Shown: positions 46,771 to 56,195, counted from the stretch's first letter. The stretch is DNA of 58,109 nucleotides from a virus (IMGVR_UViG_3300027983_000019:1-58109); one strand, 5' to 3'. Notes: generated by a model not told the origin, from the letters alone. Numbers and translations are program-made.

Positions 46771-47262
46771 CTATTCGAATTCTATGATTTTACTCCTAAC
46801 GTGACCATTTATTTCGGTTATTATAAAAAAGAAATAAGTTTTTCCGTACTGAACAAATGATGTAAACATGTATCCCTTGTCTTTTTTTAACATTTTTCGT
46901 ATATATGGGTCTCGTTGAATTGCGTCCCAATATATATTTTCATCCTCAGAATATTTATTATCAATATTAAAAATAATGTGTACTTTGGAACTGTCAATGT
47001 GTTTTACTAATAAATCTTCGAAGTGGTAATCCCACATAATCCCCCTTTCATAGTCACCAGGTATACTATCCCACCGTAATGGGTGTTCCCTATCAGCGTT
47101 TATTGAATTGTGTATCCGATTAGATGTCCCAGTCATAAAGATTAGACTATCCATTCTCGTCGTGTCGGCTGTATTAAACCACATTCTACTATACTCCTCT
47201 ATTTCTTGACCAAAAGATGGTGTTGAGGTTAATAAAATTAATACATAAAGTAACTTTTTCAT
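46771..47262 (-). CDS. Secreted hypothetical protein
   Basis: Signal peptide ending SFG-Q, a Bacteroidota-style cleavage site. Confidence 0.65.
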   Translation of the reverse strand: MKKLLYVLILLTSTPSFGQEIEEYSRMWFNTADTTRMDSLIFMTGTSNRIHNSINADREHPLRWDSIPGDYERGIMWDYHFEDLLVKHIDSSKVHIIFNIDNKYSEDENIYWDAIQRDPYIRKMLKKDKGYMFTSFVQYGKTYFFFIITEINGHVRSKIIEFE

Positions 47263-47284
47263 AATATTTATTGTTATACCTAAT

Positions 47285-47593
47285 TTAAATTTTTATTTCA
47301 GATAAAAAAACTTCAAAGGTCTCAACCGTTCTTTGTGATGGTACACCAAATTTATCAACATAATCCACATAGTCGTAGTTTTTATAAAACCGCCTAACGT
47401 CAACTACTCGATATTCTTTCTTAACACCTTTTTTGAATAGTTCCTTATTTGGGAACCTTTTGTTATACCAAATTTCATCCATCATTGTGTCAAAAAATAT
47501 GATTTCATTTATTGATGGTACACAAGATGTTGGTGTTGTTAAAATATTTTCATCCTCAAGCCAATAGGATATTTCTGTTTTATCTTTACTCAT
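47285..47593 (-). CDS. Hypothetical protein
   Basis: 102-aa ORF. Confidence 0.65.
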   Translation of the reverse strand: MSKDKTEISYWLEDENILTTPTSCVPSINEIIFFDTMMDEIWYNKRFPNKELFKKGVKKEYRVVDVRRFYKNYDYVDYVDKFGVPSQRTVETFEVFLSEIKI

Positions 47594-47733
47594 ATTAATT
47601 CATGTTAATTATAAAATGTCCATACTGTGTGATGAAAATGTCTATTTGTTCTAGTTCCGTTGGTTTCATAATGTAATATTAGTTATTATTTTTTAATTAA
47701 ACAAATTTAAATGTGTTTTGTGGTGTTGTTCCT

Positions 47734-48066
47734 TTAGTTAGGGTCATATAATAACCCATCACCATTAGTGTCAATGTGTACTAATTCTAATGTATCGTAA
47801 ACGATAGGTGAATTGGATTGTTTTGATGTCATTCTCGATTGAATTTCTTGTTCATTTTGCCTTGTTGTTTCTGACATTTTATTGTCAAATTTAAGGAAAT
47901 ATGAACCATAAGATTTGTAGTTAGGTCCTCTTTTTGCGTCGGATTCAACTACTTTTTCTGTTCTAAACTTGTAACGATACACATAAACATCTTTACTTTT
48001 TTGACAAGATATTATTGTTAATGTTATAATAACTATAAATACGATTTTTTTAAATGTGTTTTTCAT
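47734..48066 (-). CDS. Putative lipoprotein
   Basis: IIITLTIIS-CQK. Confidence 0.7.
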   Translation of the reverse strand: MKNTFKKIVFIVIITLTIISCQKSKDVYVYRYKFRTEKVVESDAKRGPNYKSYGSYFLKFDNKMSETTRQNEQEIQSRMTSKQSNSPIVYDTLELVHIDTNGDGLLYDPN

Positions 48067-48142
48067 AATGTTTATCTTTTAGTTTGTCTACAAATATACT
48101 TTACTAAATTGGATTGGCAATGATATTTATGATAAAAGTTTT

Positions 48143-48706
48143 ATGAAATTTGATTATATACACAGGTTCTTACCTATAAATGATGAGGTTATACCATTAA
48201 ATGAAGAAGTTATACCCGAAATGACACCTTTTAATGTACCACACTTATATGAAACAATGAGGGGAAATCGATTTATAATTCATTTTCCAGATGTTCTAAA
48301 TATAGAATCGTGGGTTGTGTCATCGATGGTTAGACCAAGTATCACAATGGGATTAAATGGTAGTCATGAATGGGATGAAATGGTGATTAAATTTAGGGAC
48401 CAAATAGGTGTATCAACTTCAAATAGATTATGGGAATTATTTATTGGTGTTACATCACAAACGGAAACACTAACCGTTCACGGTGATTTACTTAACGAAT
48501 ATCGTGATAGATATTCCGATATTAGAGTAAATGGGTTAACATTTAATTTAGAAATGTTAGACCCAAATGGTGTTGTCGTTAGTAAGTGGACAATTAATAA
48601 TTCTGAAATAATTAATTTTGGGTTTGGAGATTTGTCTTACGATGATGGTGGTGTAGTTGAATGTTCTATGACCGTTAAGCCACAGAACGTCCAACTACAT
48701 TTTTAA
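48143..48706 (+). CDS. Tail-tube-like (gp19-like) protein
   Basis: NRFIIHFP...RPSIT...WDEMVIKFRD...LEMLDPNGVVVSKW...FGDLSY. Confidence 0.7.
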   Translation: MKFDYIHRFLPINDEVIPLNEEVIPEMTPFNVPHLYETMRGNRFIIHFPDVLNIESWVVSSMVRPSITMGLNGSHEWDEMVIKFRDQIGVSTSNRLWELFIGVTSQTETLTVHGDLLNEYRDRYSDIRVNGLTFNLEMLDPNGVVVSKWTINNSEIINFGFGDLSYDDGGVVECSMTVKPQNVQLHF

Positions 48707-48999
48707 ACTAAAGTTGATTCTATTAATGTGAATTCATCTTTGTTAATAGCTTTGGAAATCCACCTATTCAATTCAGAACCTTTCATTTCATCGTAGAAAG
48801 TTGTTGTACCTAAATCATCGGATAAGGTATATTGTGGTTGGTCATAAACTGTATCACTCTCAACCACAGTTGGTATTGGGAATTCGTAGACATTTCCATC
48901 TACTTTAACTTTGTAGTAAATGTTTCCAGCTACATATCGACTTAATTTAGCTATTTCTTTTGACTTATATAAGTCTTTCTTTACATCATTAACATTCAT
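48703..48999 (-). CDS. Hypothetical protein at the end of tRNA operon D
   Basis: 98-aa ORF. Confidence 0.7.
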   Translation of the reverse strand: MNVNDVKKDLYKSKEIAKLSRYVAGNIYYKVKVDGNVYEFPIPTVVESDTVYDQPQYTLSDDLGTTTFYDEMKGSELNRWISKAINKDEFTLIESTLV

Positions 49000-49015
49000 A
49001 TCATTTAATTTTTAG

Positions 49016-49088
49016 AACCCCCGACTGGATTCAAACCAGTGACCGACGCTTTAGAAAAACGTTGCTCTATTCACTGAGCTACAGGGGC
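49016..49088 (-). tRNA. tRNA-Arg(TCT)
   Basis: ACGTT-TTTCTAA-AGCGT. Confidence 0.9.
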
Positions 49089-49100
49089 TTGTTTTTTTAG

Positions 49101-49174
49101 TATTCCCAACGGAATTCGAATCCGTAATCTTCACATTGAAAGTGTGGTGCCTTATCCAATTTGGCCATAGGAAT
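49101..49174 (-). tRNA. tRNA-Glu(TTC)
   Basis: CACA-CTTTCAA-TGTG. Confidence 0.88.
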
Positions 49175-49190
49175 ATTTAATTTTTAGAAC

Positions 49191-49224
49191 AAAAAAAATC
49201 CGATTATTTCTAATCGGATTTTTT
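49191..49224 (-). terminator. Attenuator terminator of tRNA operon D
   Basis: AAAATCCGATTA/TAATCGGATTTT stem plus T-run. Confidence 0.85.
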
Positions 49225-49249
49225 AAAGTTTATATAATACAATATTACT

Positions 49250-49312
49250 TCATATCCGATGTGAATAAGTCTCTCTTTCTTCTCTTCTCTCTATGTTAGT
49301 AATTATTGTCAT
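49250..49312 (-). CDS. Leader peptide D: MTIITNIERREERETYSHRI
   Basis: Translated by hand; core GAG AGA AGA GAA GAA AGA GAG; lies between a promoter (49340-49369) and a terminator. Confidence 0.88.
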   Translation of the reverse strand: MTIITNIERREERETYSHRI

Positions 49313-49388
49313 TGTTTCTTGTTTTTTATAAGTATACTACAAATATAGTAAAAGTATTCTAATTGTCAAGTATTATTTTTTTTATTTT

Positions 49389-50507
49389 TTACTCTTGTCC
49401 TTCTTGAATCACCATATTAACAACTTTACTTAATTTCTTTTTCATTTTATCAGCTTTATATTGAAACCTTTTTTCAAAAAATTCAAAGAACTTGATTGGG
49501 TTGTTTTTCACATTTTCGGGTACTTTTTCCATAAACGGGATTTCAATACCCATTTTCTTAAGATGTACTTGTGCATCCCGTATTATTAAATCCCACTGTT
49601 CAATTAATTTACCATATACATTATCACCCATTTCGGATTCAAATTTATCCATAAACTCTTTAGAGTTGAAACCTTTTAACATCTGATAATCTTTCCACGG
49701 TTCACTGGTTTTTAGAAACTTTAATGCTGATTCCTTATCAGTTGCATTGTGTTGTTTCATCGAATAATATAACTGAGGTACCCTAGCGTTAACCTCAAAA
49801 GATAATGAAAGGTACATAATGTGTAAAAATCTATTCCATGTTGGCATATCCGAAATTTTTAGTTTTTGTGGTAATACATTAAGTATAGTCTCTTTACCAA
49901 AACCAATTGTTTTTTTACCACCCAATAATTGTCTATATGTTTGGTATATGTGTGTTAGTTCATGACCAACAACAGGTGTTAATGTGTTGAATAAATTTTT
50001 TTCGTGGTCATTATTTTTTTCACTAATAAATGAAAATGGTATGTTAACGATAAATAATAATTCATTTTTTGGGAATATTGTTGCTTTACCTAATTTTTTT
50101 AATTGTATATTAGCTAAATCATCTGATGTGTAACTTTGTGTTGCCTCAAAATTCTTACCATAATTACCACCCTCAAAGACTACATCAGGTAAAACACACA
50201 ACTCAACAGTTAACTTTGGGTTATATAATGGTAAATTTTTGAATGTTTCGGATTTTAAAAATTCAAACATATCACCATCAAAGTGTATGTCAACCAACAT
50301 ATTAGTAAATTCTTTACCATTAATTTGATAAGCACCCTCATACATTGTGTATTGATTACCTCTCCACTCTATCTCACTACCTTCCCATTTATCTCGACTA
50401 ATAATAACATCAACCGTTGATACCACCATTTCTGATACATAACCAACCCATTTATCTATTGCTGTGGGTACACCCATTATCTCATTTATAAGTTCTTTCT
50501 TTTTCAT
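49389..50507 (-). CDS. Putative zinc metallopeptidase-like protein with an N-terminal LINE motif
   Basis: VGHELTHIYQ...FEVNAR; TATTTATA upstream. Confidence 0.65.
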   Translation of the reverse strand: MKKKELINEIMGVPTAIDKWVGYVSEMVVSTVDVIISRDKWEGSEIEWRGNQYTMYEGAYQINGKEFTNMLVDIHFDGDMFEFLKSETFKNLPLYNPKLTVELCVLPDVVFEGGNYGKNFEATQSYTSDDLANIQLKKLGKATIFPKNELLFIVNIPFSFISEKNNDHEKNLFNTLTPVVGHELTHIYQTYRQLLGGKKTIGFGKETILNVLPQKLKISDMPTWNRFLHIMYLSLSFEVNARVPQLYYSMKQHNATDKESALKFLKTSEPWKDYQMLKGFNSKEFMDKFESEMGDNVYGKLIEQWDLIIRDAQVHLKKMGIEIPFMEKVPENVKNNPIKFFEFFEKRFQYKADKMKKKLSKVVNMVIQEGQE

Positions 50508-50525
50508 ACACTTATAAATATGTGA

Positions 50526-51515
50526 TTACTCCATAGATGTGTTATATTTTAAATTCCTTAACATCTCTTCTTGTTCATTTGATAGTGCATTAGGCATCAC
50601 CCCATCAACTGTGATGAACAAATTACCCCTAACACCTGAACGACCATCCATTAATCCTTTAGCTATTAATCTAAAAACTTTATTAGGTGGACACAATTTA
50701 TCAACCTTTATTTTAACTTTACCATCAAGTGTTATGATTTCTAATTCAGTACCCAACATTAGGTCAATTATATTAACTTTTTCTCTTTTGGTAATGTTAA
50801 GTCCGTCGATTTCAAATAATGGGTGTTTTTTCAATACAATCTTAAAAATAACATCACCATGGTTTGAACCATTTACTTGATTACCGATACCACTCATTAT
50901 AATGTTACCACCCGTCATACCTTTCGGGATGTTAATGGTTACATTTTTAATAGATTTTTTATTACCTGAACCATGACAACCACCACATTGTTTGGTGAAA
51001 ACACTACCCCCACCATTACAGGTATTACAAATGAAACTATGTAGATAATCAGTAAGATAACCCTTACCATGACAATGTGGGCAAACCATAGGTTCCTTAC
51101 CCCCCTTACCTGAACAATCATCACAAGACGTTGATTGGTTAAATGAAACTTCCTTATCAACACCACTAAAGACTTCCTCCAATGTAACCTCAACAACTAA
51201 TTCTATAGGTCTGACACTTCTTTTAGTGAATTGGTTACCAAATCCACCAAACCCACTAAATGGGTTATTATTGAATGGATTACGTCTTTGTTTTTCGGGT
51301 TCTTTTCTTTTACCAGTCAAAATTTCATAAGCTTCATTCACTTTTGACATTTTCTCAACAGCGTCATCGTCTTTGTTGATGTCGGGATGGAATTTTTTTG
51401 ACATTTTTCTATATGCCTTTTTTATATCACCCTCAGATGCATTATTTTTTAAACCTAAAACTTCATAATATTGATTCATAGTATTAAACTTATTCATATA
51501 GATTTGTAATGTCAA
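50526..51515 (-). CDS. dnaJ: DnaJ chaperone
   Basis: J domain with HPD, G/F region, four CxxCxGxG repeats; true start probably 51479. Confidence 0.93.
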   Translation of the reverse strand: MTLQIYMNKFNTMNQYYEVLGLKNNASEGDIKKAYRKMSKKFHPDINKDDDAVEKMSKVNEAYEILTGKRKEPEKQRRNPFNNNPFSGFGGFGNQFTKRSVRPIELVVEVTLEEVFSGVDKEVSFNQSTSCDDCSGKGGKEPMVCPHCHGKGYLTDYLHSFICNTCNGGGSVFTKQCGGCHGSGNKKSIKNVTINIPKGMTGGNIIMSGIGNQVNGSNHGDVIFKIVLKKHPLFEIDGLNITKREKVNIIDLMLGTELEIITLDGKVKIKVDKLCPPNKVFRLIAKGLMDGRSGVRGNLFITVDGVMPNALSNEQEEMLRNLKYNTSME

Positions 51516-51529
51516 TCTATTTATAACAT

Positions 51530-52171
51530 ATGTATCAAATTGTTTTAATGGAAAATAGGGTTAAAGTTAAGGTTCTCCACACTTATGGTAGAGAACGTGA
51601 CGCCATGTATAGATTTAATAAAATTGAATCTGATAATGTGTTTATGTCTAAAAAAACCGTATATAAAGAAAAAGTATTGGTTGATGTGTCGTATGAAGTT
51701 CTTTTACTAAAAACTTATGTGGATGGTGATAAGAATGTTTCGATTAAAAATAAGTTTGGTCATGTTATTCAAATAAAAACCGATGATGGTGATTGGGTTG
51801 TGATGGGTAAAACTGATTATGACATTGAAGAGGTGTTTAATGTTACGGGTGCTAATAGAAAACTTAATGGTAGTGAAATATTAGAACATGTATTATTGAA
51901 TAATACTAAGGAATCCAACATGAAACAAGTGGTTATATTAAACAATAAGGTGGTTGTTGAGGGTCTTAATATATTCATGGTAACATGTAAAAATGTTCAT
52001 GAAGCCACAAGACTTTACAATAAACTGAGGGTTCATTGTTTTGATAAAAATGTTGGTCATGTTGTGTTTTTTGGGACGGTTCCTAAGGAGAACAAAAAAT
52101 CGTGGTATAAAAAAATCCATAATAGGACTGGAACAAACTATAACAGATTATATCGTTCAAGTTCTAGATAA
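51530..52171 (+). CDS. Hypothetical protein
   Basis: 213-aa ORF after TATTTATA. Confidence 0.75.
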   Translation: MYQIVLMENRVKVKVLHTYGRERDAMYRFNKIESDNVFMSKKTVYKEKVLVDVSYEVLLLKTYVDGDKNVSIKNKFGHVIQIKTDDGDWVVMGKTDYDIEEVFNVTGANRKLNGSEILEHVLLNNTKESNMKQVVILNNKVVVEGLNIFMVTCKNVHEATRLYNKLRVHCFDKNVGHVVFFGTVPKENKKSWYKKIHNRTGTNYNRLYRSSSR

Positions 52172-52586
52172 ACGAACATCTATCTATATTATATGTTATA
52201 AAATCTAAGTCGTGTTTTAGTAAATAAACCACACCATCAACAACATTAAAACCCTTAACATTTAATAAAACAAATGTTAAATAAATACAAGTGTTTTTAA
52301 TTTCATCAATTTCATCATTATTTATGTTCAAATTATAGAGGTATGCAACAAATGTCATTAACCACGTTAGATTTAATTCCGACGAATAAAATTCAGTCAA
52401 TACTGGATTACCCATTTTAACCCACACAATAGGTAATTGTTTTTCATATTGATTGCGGGTGTATAGGTTAGTGAAGTGTTCAATATGTCGGTCATCAAGT
52501 TTATCTTTTAGGAAATGACTTTTAAGGTCTTTTAACTCGTTATCCAAGGTTAATAAAAATTGTTCATGTTGTTCATCTGTTATCAT
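52164..52586 (-). CDS. Hypothetical protein
   Basis: 140-aa ORF. Confidence 0.65.
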   Translation of the reverse strand: MITDEQHEQFLLTLDNELKDLKSHFLKDKLDDRHIEHFTNLYTRNQYEKQLPIVWVKMGNPVLTEFYSSELNLTWLMTFVAYLYNLNINNDEIDEIKNTCIYLTFVLLNVKGFNVVDGVVYLLKHDLDFITYNIDRCSFI

Positions 52587-52610
52587 AGTAAAAATATACT
52601 TAAACCTAAT

Positions 52611-53216
52611 TTAGGATTGAAGTATATTTTTAAGAAAACTATCTCTATGTTGTGGTGTGATGCCATGTTCTATAATAGCCTCTCTATGGTTTTTAGTGCC
52701 GTACCCCTTGTTAGTATCCCAACCGTAATTTGGGTGTAGTTCATGTTGTTCTTTCATGTATTCATCACGAGTTACTTTAGCTAAAATAGATGCTGCAGCA
52801 ATAGAATAGTAAGTGTTGTCACCTTTAATAACACACGTATGTGGTGTTTGATTATATTGATTGAAGTAATCCCCATCCACCAATAAGTGATTAGGCTTAA
52901 CTTTTAGATTATCCAATGAATTGTGCATCGCTTTCATAGTCGATTGTAGAATATTATGTTCGTCAATGTACTCGGAACTGATAAACTCGATTGAATAGTC
53001 GATAGCGTGTTCCTTAATCAACTCATAAGCCTCTTTTCGTTTCTTTTCCGAGAGTTTCTTCGAATCCTTAACAATGTCGTAGTCGAAATCGTGTGGAAGG
53101 ATTACAGCTGATGCCACAACGGGTCCAGCTAAACACCCTCTACCCACCTCATCTAGGCCAGCTATATACTTTAAGTGGCCTAAGTGAGGTGGGAAGTTTT
53201 TTAGTTTATTTTTCAT
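52611..53216 (-). CDS. rnhB: Ribonuclease HII
   Basis: GLDEVGRGCLAGPV, DSKKLS, LLVDG, IAAASILAKVTRD and NKGYGT motifs. Confidence 0.95.
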   Translation of the reverse strand: MKNKLKNFPPHLGHLKYIAGLDEVGRGCLAGPVVASAVILPHDFDYDIVKDSKKLSEKKRKEAYELIKEHAIDYSIEFISSEYIDEHNILQSTMKAMHNSLDNLKVKPNHLLVDGDYFNQYNQTPHTCVIKGDNTYYSIAAASILAKVTRDEYMKEQHELHPNYGWDTNKGYGTKNHREAIIEHGITPQHRDSFLKNILQS

Positions 53217-53495
53217 AATTTATTTAATGTTTATTTACCAACACTCATTTAGTTCGGTGGTTTAAACAAGTATCTCCGTATATTTCTGTGGGTATCTTCC
53301 CACAAACCCTACATTTAATTACAAAATGTTTATTACCAAATATTCTTGCTAATAATCTTATAATTGGGTTAAAGAATAATACGTTTTCGGGTTTGTTATA
53401 ATACTTTGTTTCCATAATTCATTCGTTAACAACTATTTTACCGACCACTCCGAAATTTTAGACTTGATAAATAATTTAAGTTCCACATTTGTTTC

Positions 53496-53732
53496 TTAAT
53501 ATCTCCCATATTTAGCTTTATTTAATTTATCTTTTAAATTTCTAATCTCATCTAAGAGATTTTCATTTATACCATAACTCGTTCCGTATGCCTCAAATTC
53601 TATTTTATTTAAATGACTTAATTCATTAAGTATGTTTATTGCATTTTGCAATGCGATATCTTGTTTTGAGATTATCAAAACTTGGTTTATCGCCACATTG
53701 TTTTCTTCTGTTACTAAATTTGAAATTTCCAT
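53496..53732 (-). CDS. Hypothetical protein
   Basis: 78-aa ORF after a TATATTTG promoter. Confidence 0.6.
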   Translation of the reverse strand: MEISNLVTEENNVAINQVLIISKQDIALQNAINILNELSHLNKIEFEAYGTSYGINENLLDEIRNLKDKLNKAKYGRY

Positions 53733-53823
53733 TTTTTATTGGTTTTTATTATTGATTACTTGTTTACAAATATACAGTATTATGTATTAACAACCTAATA
53801 AAAAATGATTTTTATTATAGTTT

Positions 53824-54030
53824 TCATAATTTATTTAATACCAACGTAAGCTTAAACCGTTTTACCAATTCGGAAAATATCATATCGGTATCTTCGGGCG
53901 TTGGTGGTACACACATTCTATGGCTCTTACCCCCTGTTCTTGCAAGTTCTGTAATTTGTCTTTCTACTTCTTTTATCAAGGTTTCATTACTCATTTCTGA
54001 TTGCAATTCTTTTAATCTTTCTACTGTCAT
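53824..54030 (-). CDS. Hypothetical protein
   Basis: 68-aa ORF. Confidence 0.6.
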   Translation of the reverse strand: MTVERLKELQSEMSNETLIKEVERQITELARTGGKSHRMCVPPTPEDTDMIFSELVKRFKLTLVLNKL

Positions 54031-54063
54031 ATTTCTATTATTTAAAGTTTGTAATTCGTACTT

Positions 54064-54816
54064 TTAATTAACATTTGTGGGAGAAAATTTAAAAAGTTTT
54101 TCCACACTCTCCTTACTTCCCCCTATTTTACCGTTCGCACTTAAACTACTTTTAGTTTGTTTTTCCCAAACACATTTAAAGTCATTCGGTGCATTGTATT
54201 CACTTACATAAATTGTATGTCCTTGTTTACTAATACCCCTTACCCAATCCCAAAAATAAATATGATTAAAATCTTTTGACGTTGAATATTGTTTTGTTCC
54301 TTGATATGGGATATCACAATAAACAATACTATTAGGTGGTAACTCTAATTCAGTATAATCAACACTTTTAAACTGACATCCTTTAATCCTTGGAAGTTGT
54401 TTTTCGATATTCCTTATCGCTTCAGCAATGTAGTCTCTAACCGTTCCAATTTTCGTGTTTGATTTTCCTGAATAACCACCATCAAAAAATCTCCCATTTG
54501 CGGAACCCATCCAACCTATCCAACCTATCATAAAATCATCAAATTCTATATTAGTTCCATTGTTATATTCAGTTCTTGCTTTATCATATAAATCTTTTGG
54601 TATTTCATATGGTCGTTCACGATTTTCTAATAAACCATTCCACATGGCAATAAGGTGTTTGTTTTTATCGTTTGCTATTCGACTTCCATCAACATCACAA
54701 ATCATATTCATACCACCAGCAAATGGTTCAACATAACATTGTTCAGGTTTTCTGTCTTTTAAAATAATCGGCAAAATCTCTTTACTAAATCGTGCCTTAC
54801 TTCCCATATATTTCAT
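54064..54816 (-). CDS. DNA adenine methyltransferase (D12/Dam-like class)
   Basis: MKYMGSK, YVEPFAGG, VYCDIPY and YVSEY motifs. Confidence 0.88.
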   Translation of the reverse strand: MKYMGSKARFSKEILPIILKDRKPEQCYVEPFAGGMNMICDVDGSRIANDKNKHLIAMWNGLLENRERPYEIPKDLYDKARTEYNNGTNIEFDDFMIGWIGWMGSANGRFFDGGYSGKSNTKIGTVRDYIAEAIRNIEKQLPRIKGCQFKSVDYTELELPPNSIVYCDIPYQGTKQYSTSKDFNHIYFWDWVRGISKQGHTIYVSEYNAPNDFKCVWEKQTKSSLSANGKIGGSKESVEKLFKFSPTNVN

Positions 54817-54848
54817 ATTAAAATTATTTTTATTATAGTTTTTTTAAT

Positions 54849-55094
54849 TTATTGATAACCTTCATGTTCAAAATTTAATACGATACCTAATATGTTAATT
54901 TCAAATGGTTCAACTAATTCATCCTTTTCTATTTCCAACTCCTTAACCTTAGCCACCTCTTTCTGTAACTCCCTATGATTTAATATTTCCAAATTGAAAT
55001 TCATTTCGGTTGGTAATATGAATTTACCTTGTTTAACCTCATCCATTTCAATTAGTGAAATAACAAAATCTACATAATTTTTAAGTTTAATCAT
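54849..55094 (-). CDS. Hypothetical protein
   Basis: 81-aa ORF. Confidence 0.6.
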   Translation of the reverse strand: MIKLKNYVDFVISLIEMDEVKQGKFILPTEMNFNLEILNHRELQKEVAKVKELEIEKDELVEPFEINILGIVLNFEHEGYQ

Positions 55095-55290
55095 TTGTAA
55101 ATAATTTAAATAATTTATGGTACCACTTTATTTTTTTTTGTGGTTTATTGGGTTCGTTTTTTATTAGGTCACCCATTCCGTTTTGGACATCGTGAATAAA
55201 TTTTCTTTTGTTAGCGTCAGTTGATAACGCATCTTGTTCCATTTTTCGTCTTTCGTGATTAACGGTCCATTCAATGTTTGGGTCTTCCAT
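55087..55290 (-). CDS. Hypothetical protein
   Basis: 67-aa ORF. Confidence 0.6.
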   Translation of the reverse strand: MEDPNIEWTVNHERRKMEQDALSTDANKRKFIHDVQNGMGDLIKNEPNKPQKKIKWYHKLFKLFTND

Positions 55291-55795
55291 CTATTACTTT
55301 ATTTAATTTAAATTTAATATTATCAGTGTGTTCGATATATCTACCCCACCTTTCAAAGACATCAACGTGTTCTTTCCTATCATCCCACATTTCCATCTCT
55401 TTAATAGACGGGTATTTATCAATAATGTCAGCCATATGTCTCATTTTACTATTTTCGGTTAAACCACCCTCTTTAAAAAGGTACATATCGAAAGTGAAAC
55501 CTTTTTTATCTAAAATTTTTCTAACCTGTGGTTCCAACTCTATAACTCTTCCTGTCAATAAAACTTTTAATGTATTTGGGTTTTTTGATTCCTCCATATA
55601 ATCCCTAACAACTTCAGGGTTGGTAGTCATATCGAAAACATCCATATCTAATGACTGTGGTCTTGTCCACCATGATAGAAAAGGCCATTTTTCCTTGTTG
55701 TAATAATCAGCCCATTTTTGTTCATTTCCCTTTGTTTGTATTGGTGAATTAACCATGGTTGAATCAAAGTCAAATATTGCTACTCTACTATACAT
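55271..55795 (-). CDS. HAD-family phosphatase of the RNA-repair (Swiss-army-knife) type
   Basis: IFDFDSTMVNSP, LLTGR and MWDDRKEH motifs. Confidence 0.8.
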   Translation of the reverse strand: MYSRVAIFDFDSTMVNSPIQTKGNEQKWADYYNKEKWPFLSWWTRPQSLDMDVFDMTTNPEVVRDYMEESKNPNTLKVLLTGRVIELEPQVRKILDKKGFTFDMYLFKEGGLTENSKMRHMADIIDKYPSIKEMEMWDDRKEHVDVFERWGRYIEHTDNIKFKLNKVIDGRPKH

Positions 55796-55859
55796 ATATC
55801 ATTGTTTTTACTTTATACTTACAAATATAATAACAATTACTAATAAAGGACACAAAAAA

Positions 55860-56195
55860 ATGGGAATATTAATTTTTATACTAATCAATTACGGAATATC
55901 TAATATAGTTGTTCACGGGTCAATCTTTAACGGTTTTAGAGGTTTTTGGAACAGGGTAAACCCTGGTTTCTTTGGAACACTATTTTCCTGCATGATATGT
56001 TTCCCGACATGGTCGGGATTTATTGTATCAACAATTTTTCAATTGATGGGTTATGATAATTTATCCCCGTTAGCTAGTCAAGGTGTTGATAATATCTATT
56101 TATCTGTGTTTTTAGATGGTTGTATTGCGTCGGGAGCTGTTTTTTTCATTCACATTATTGAAGAATGGTTTGAATTAAACGCACCAAGGGATTAA
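55860..56195 (+). CDS. Membrane protein (DUF1360-like)
   Basis: FFGTLFSCMICFPTW; hydrophobic. Confidence 0.65.
   Translation: MGILIFILINYGISNIVVHGSIFNGFRGFWNRVNPGFFGTLFSCMICFPTWSGFIVSTIFQLMGYDNLSPLASQGVDNIYLSVFLDGCIASGAVFFIHIIEEWFELNAPRD

Noticed and set aside
49271-49291. CT-rich microsatellite
   Set aside because: It is better explained as the Glu/Arg control codons of leader D.
2674-55601. Numerous antisense ORFs nested in real genes (e.g. 2674-2985, 5617-5970, 8332-8913, 27148-27579, 42005-42451, 50539-50880, 55278-55601)
   Set aside because: They have the Leu/Ser/Ile-rich shadow-frame composition expected opposite well-supported genes.
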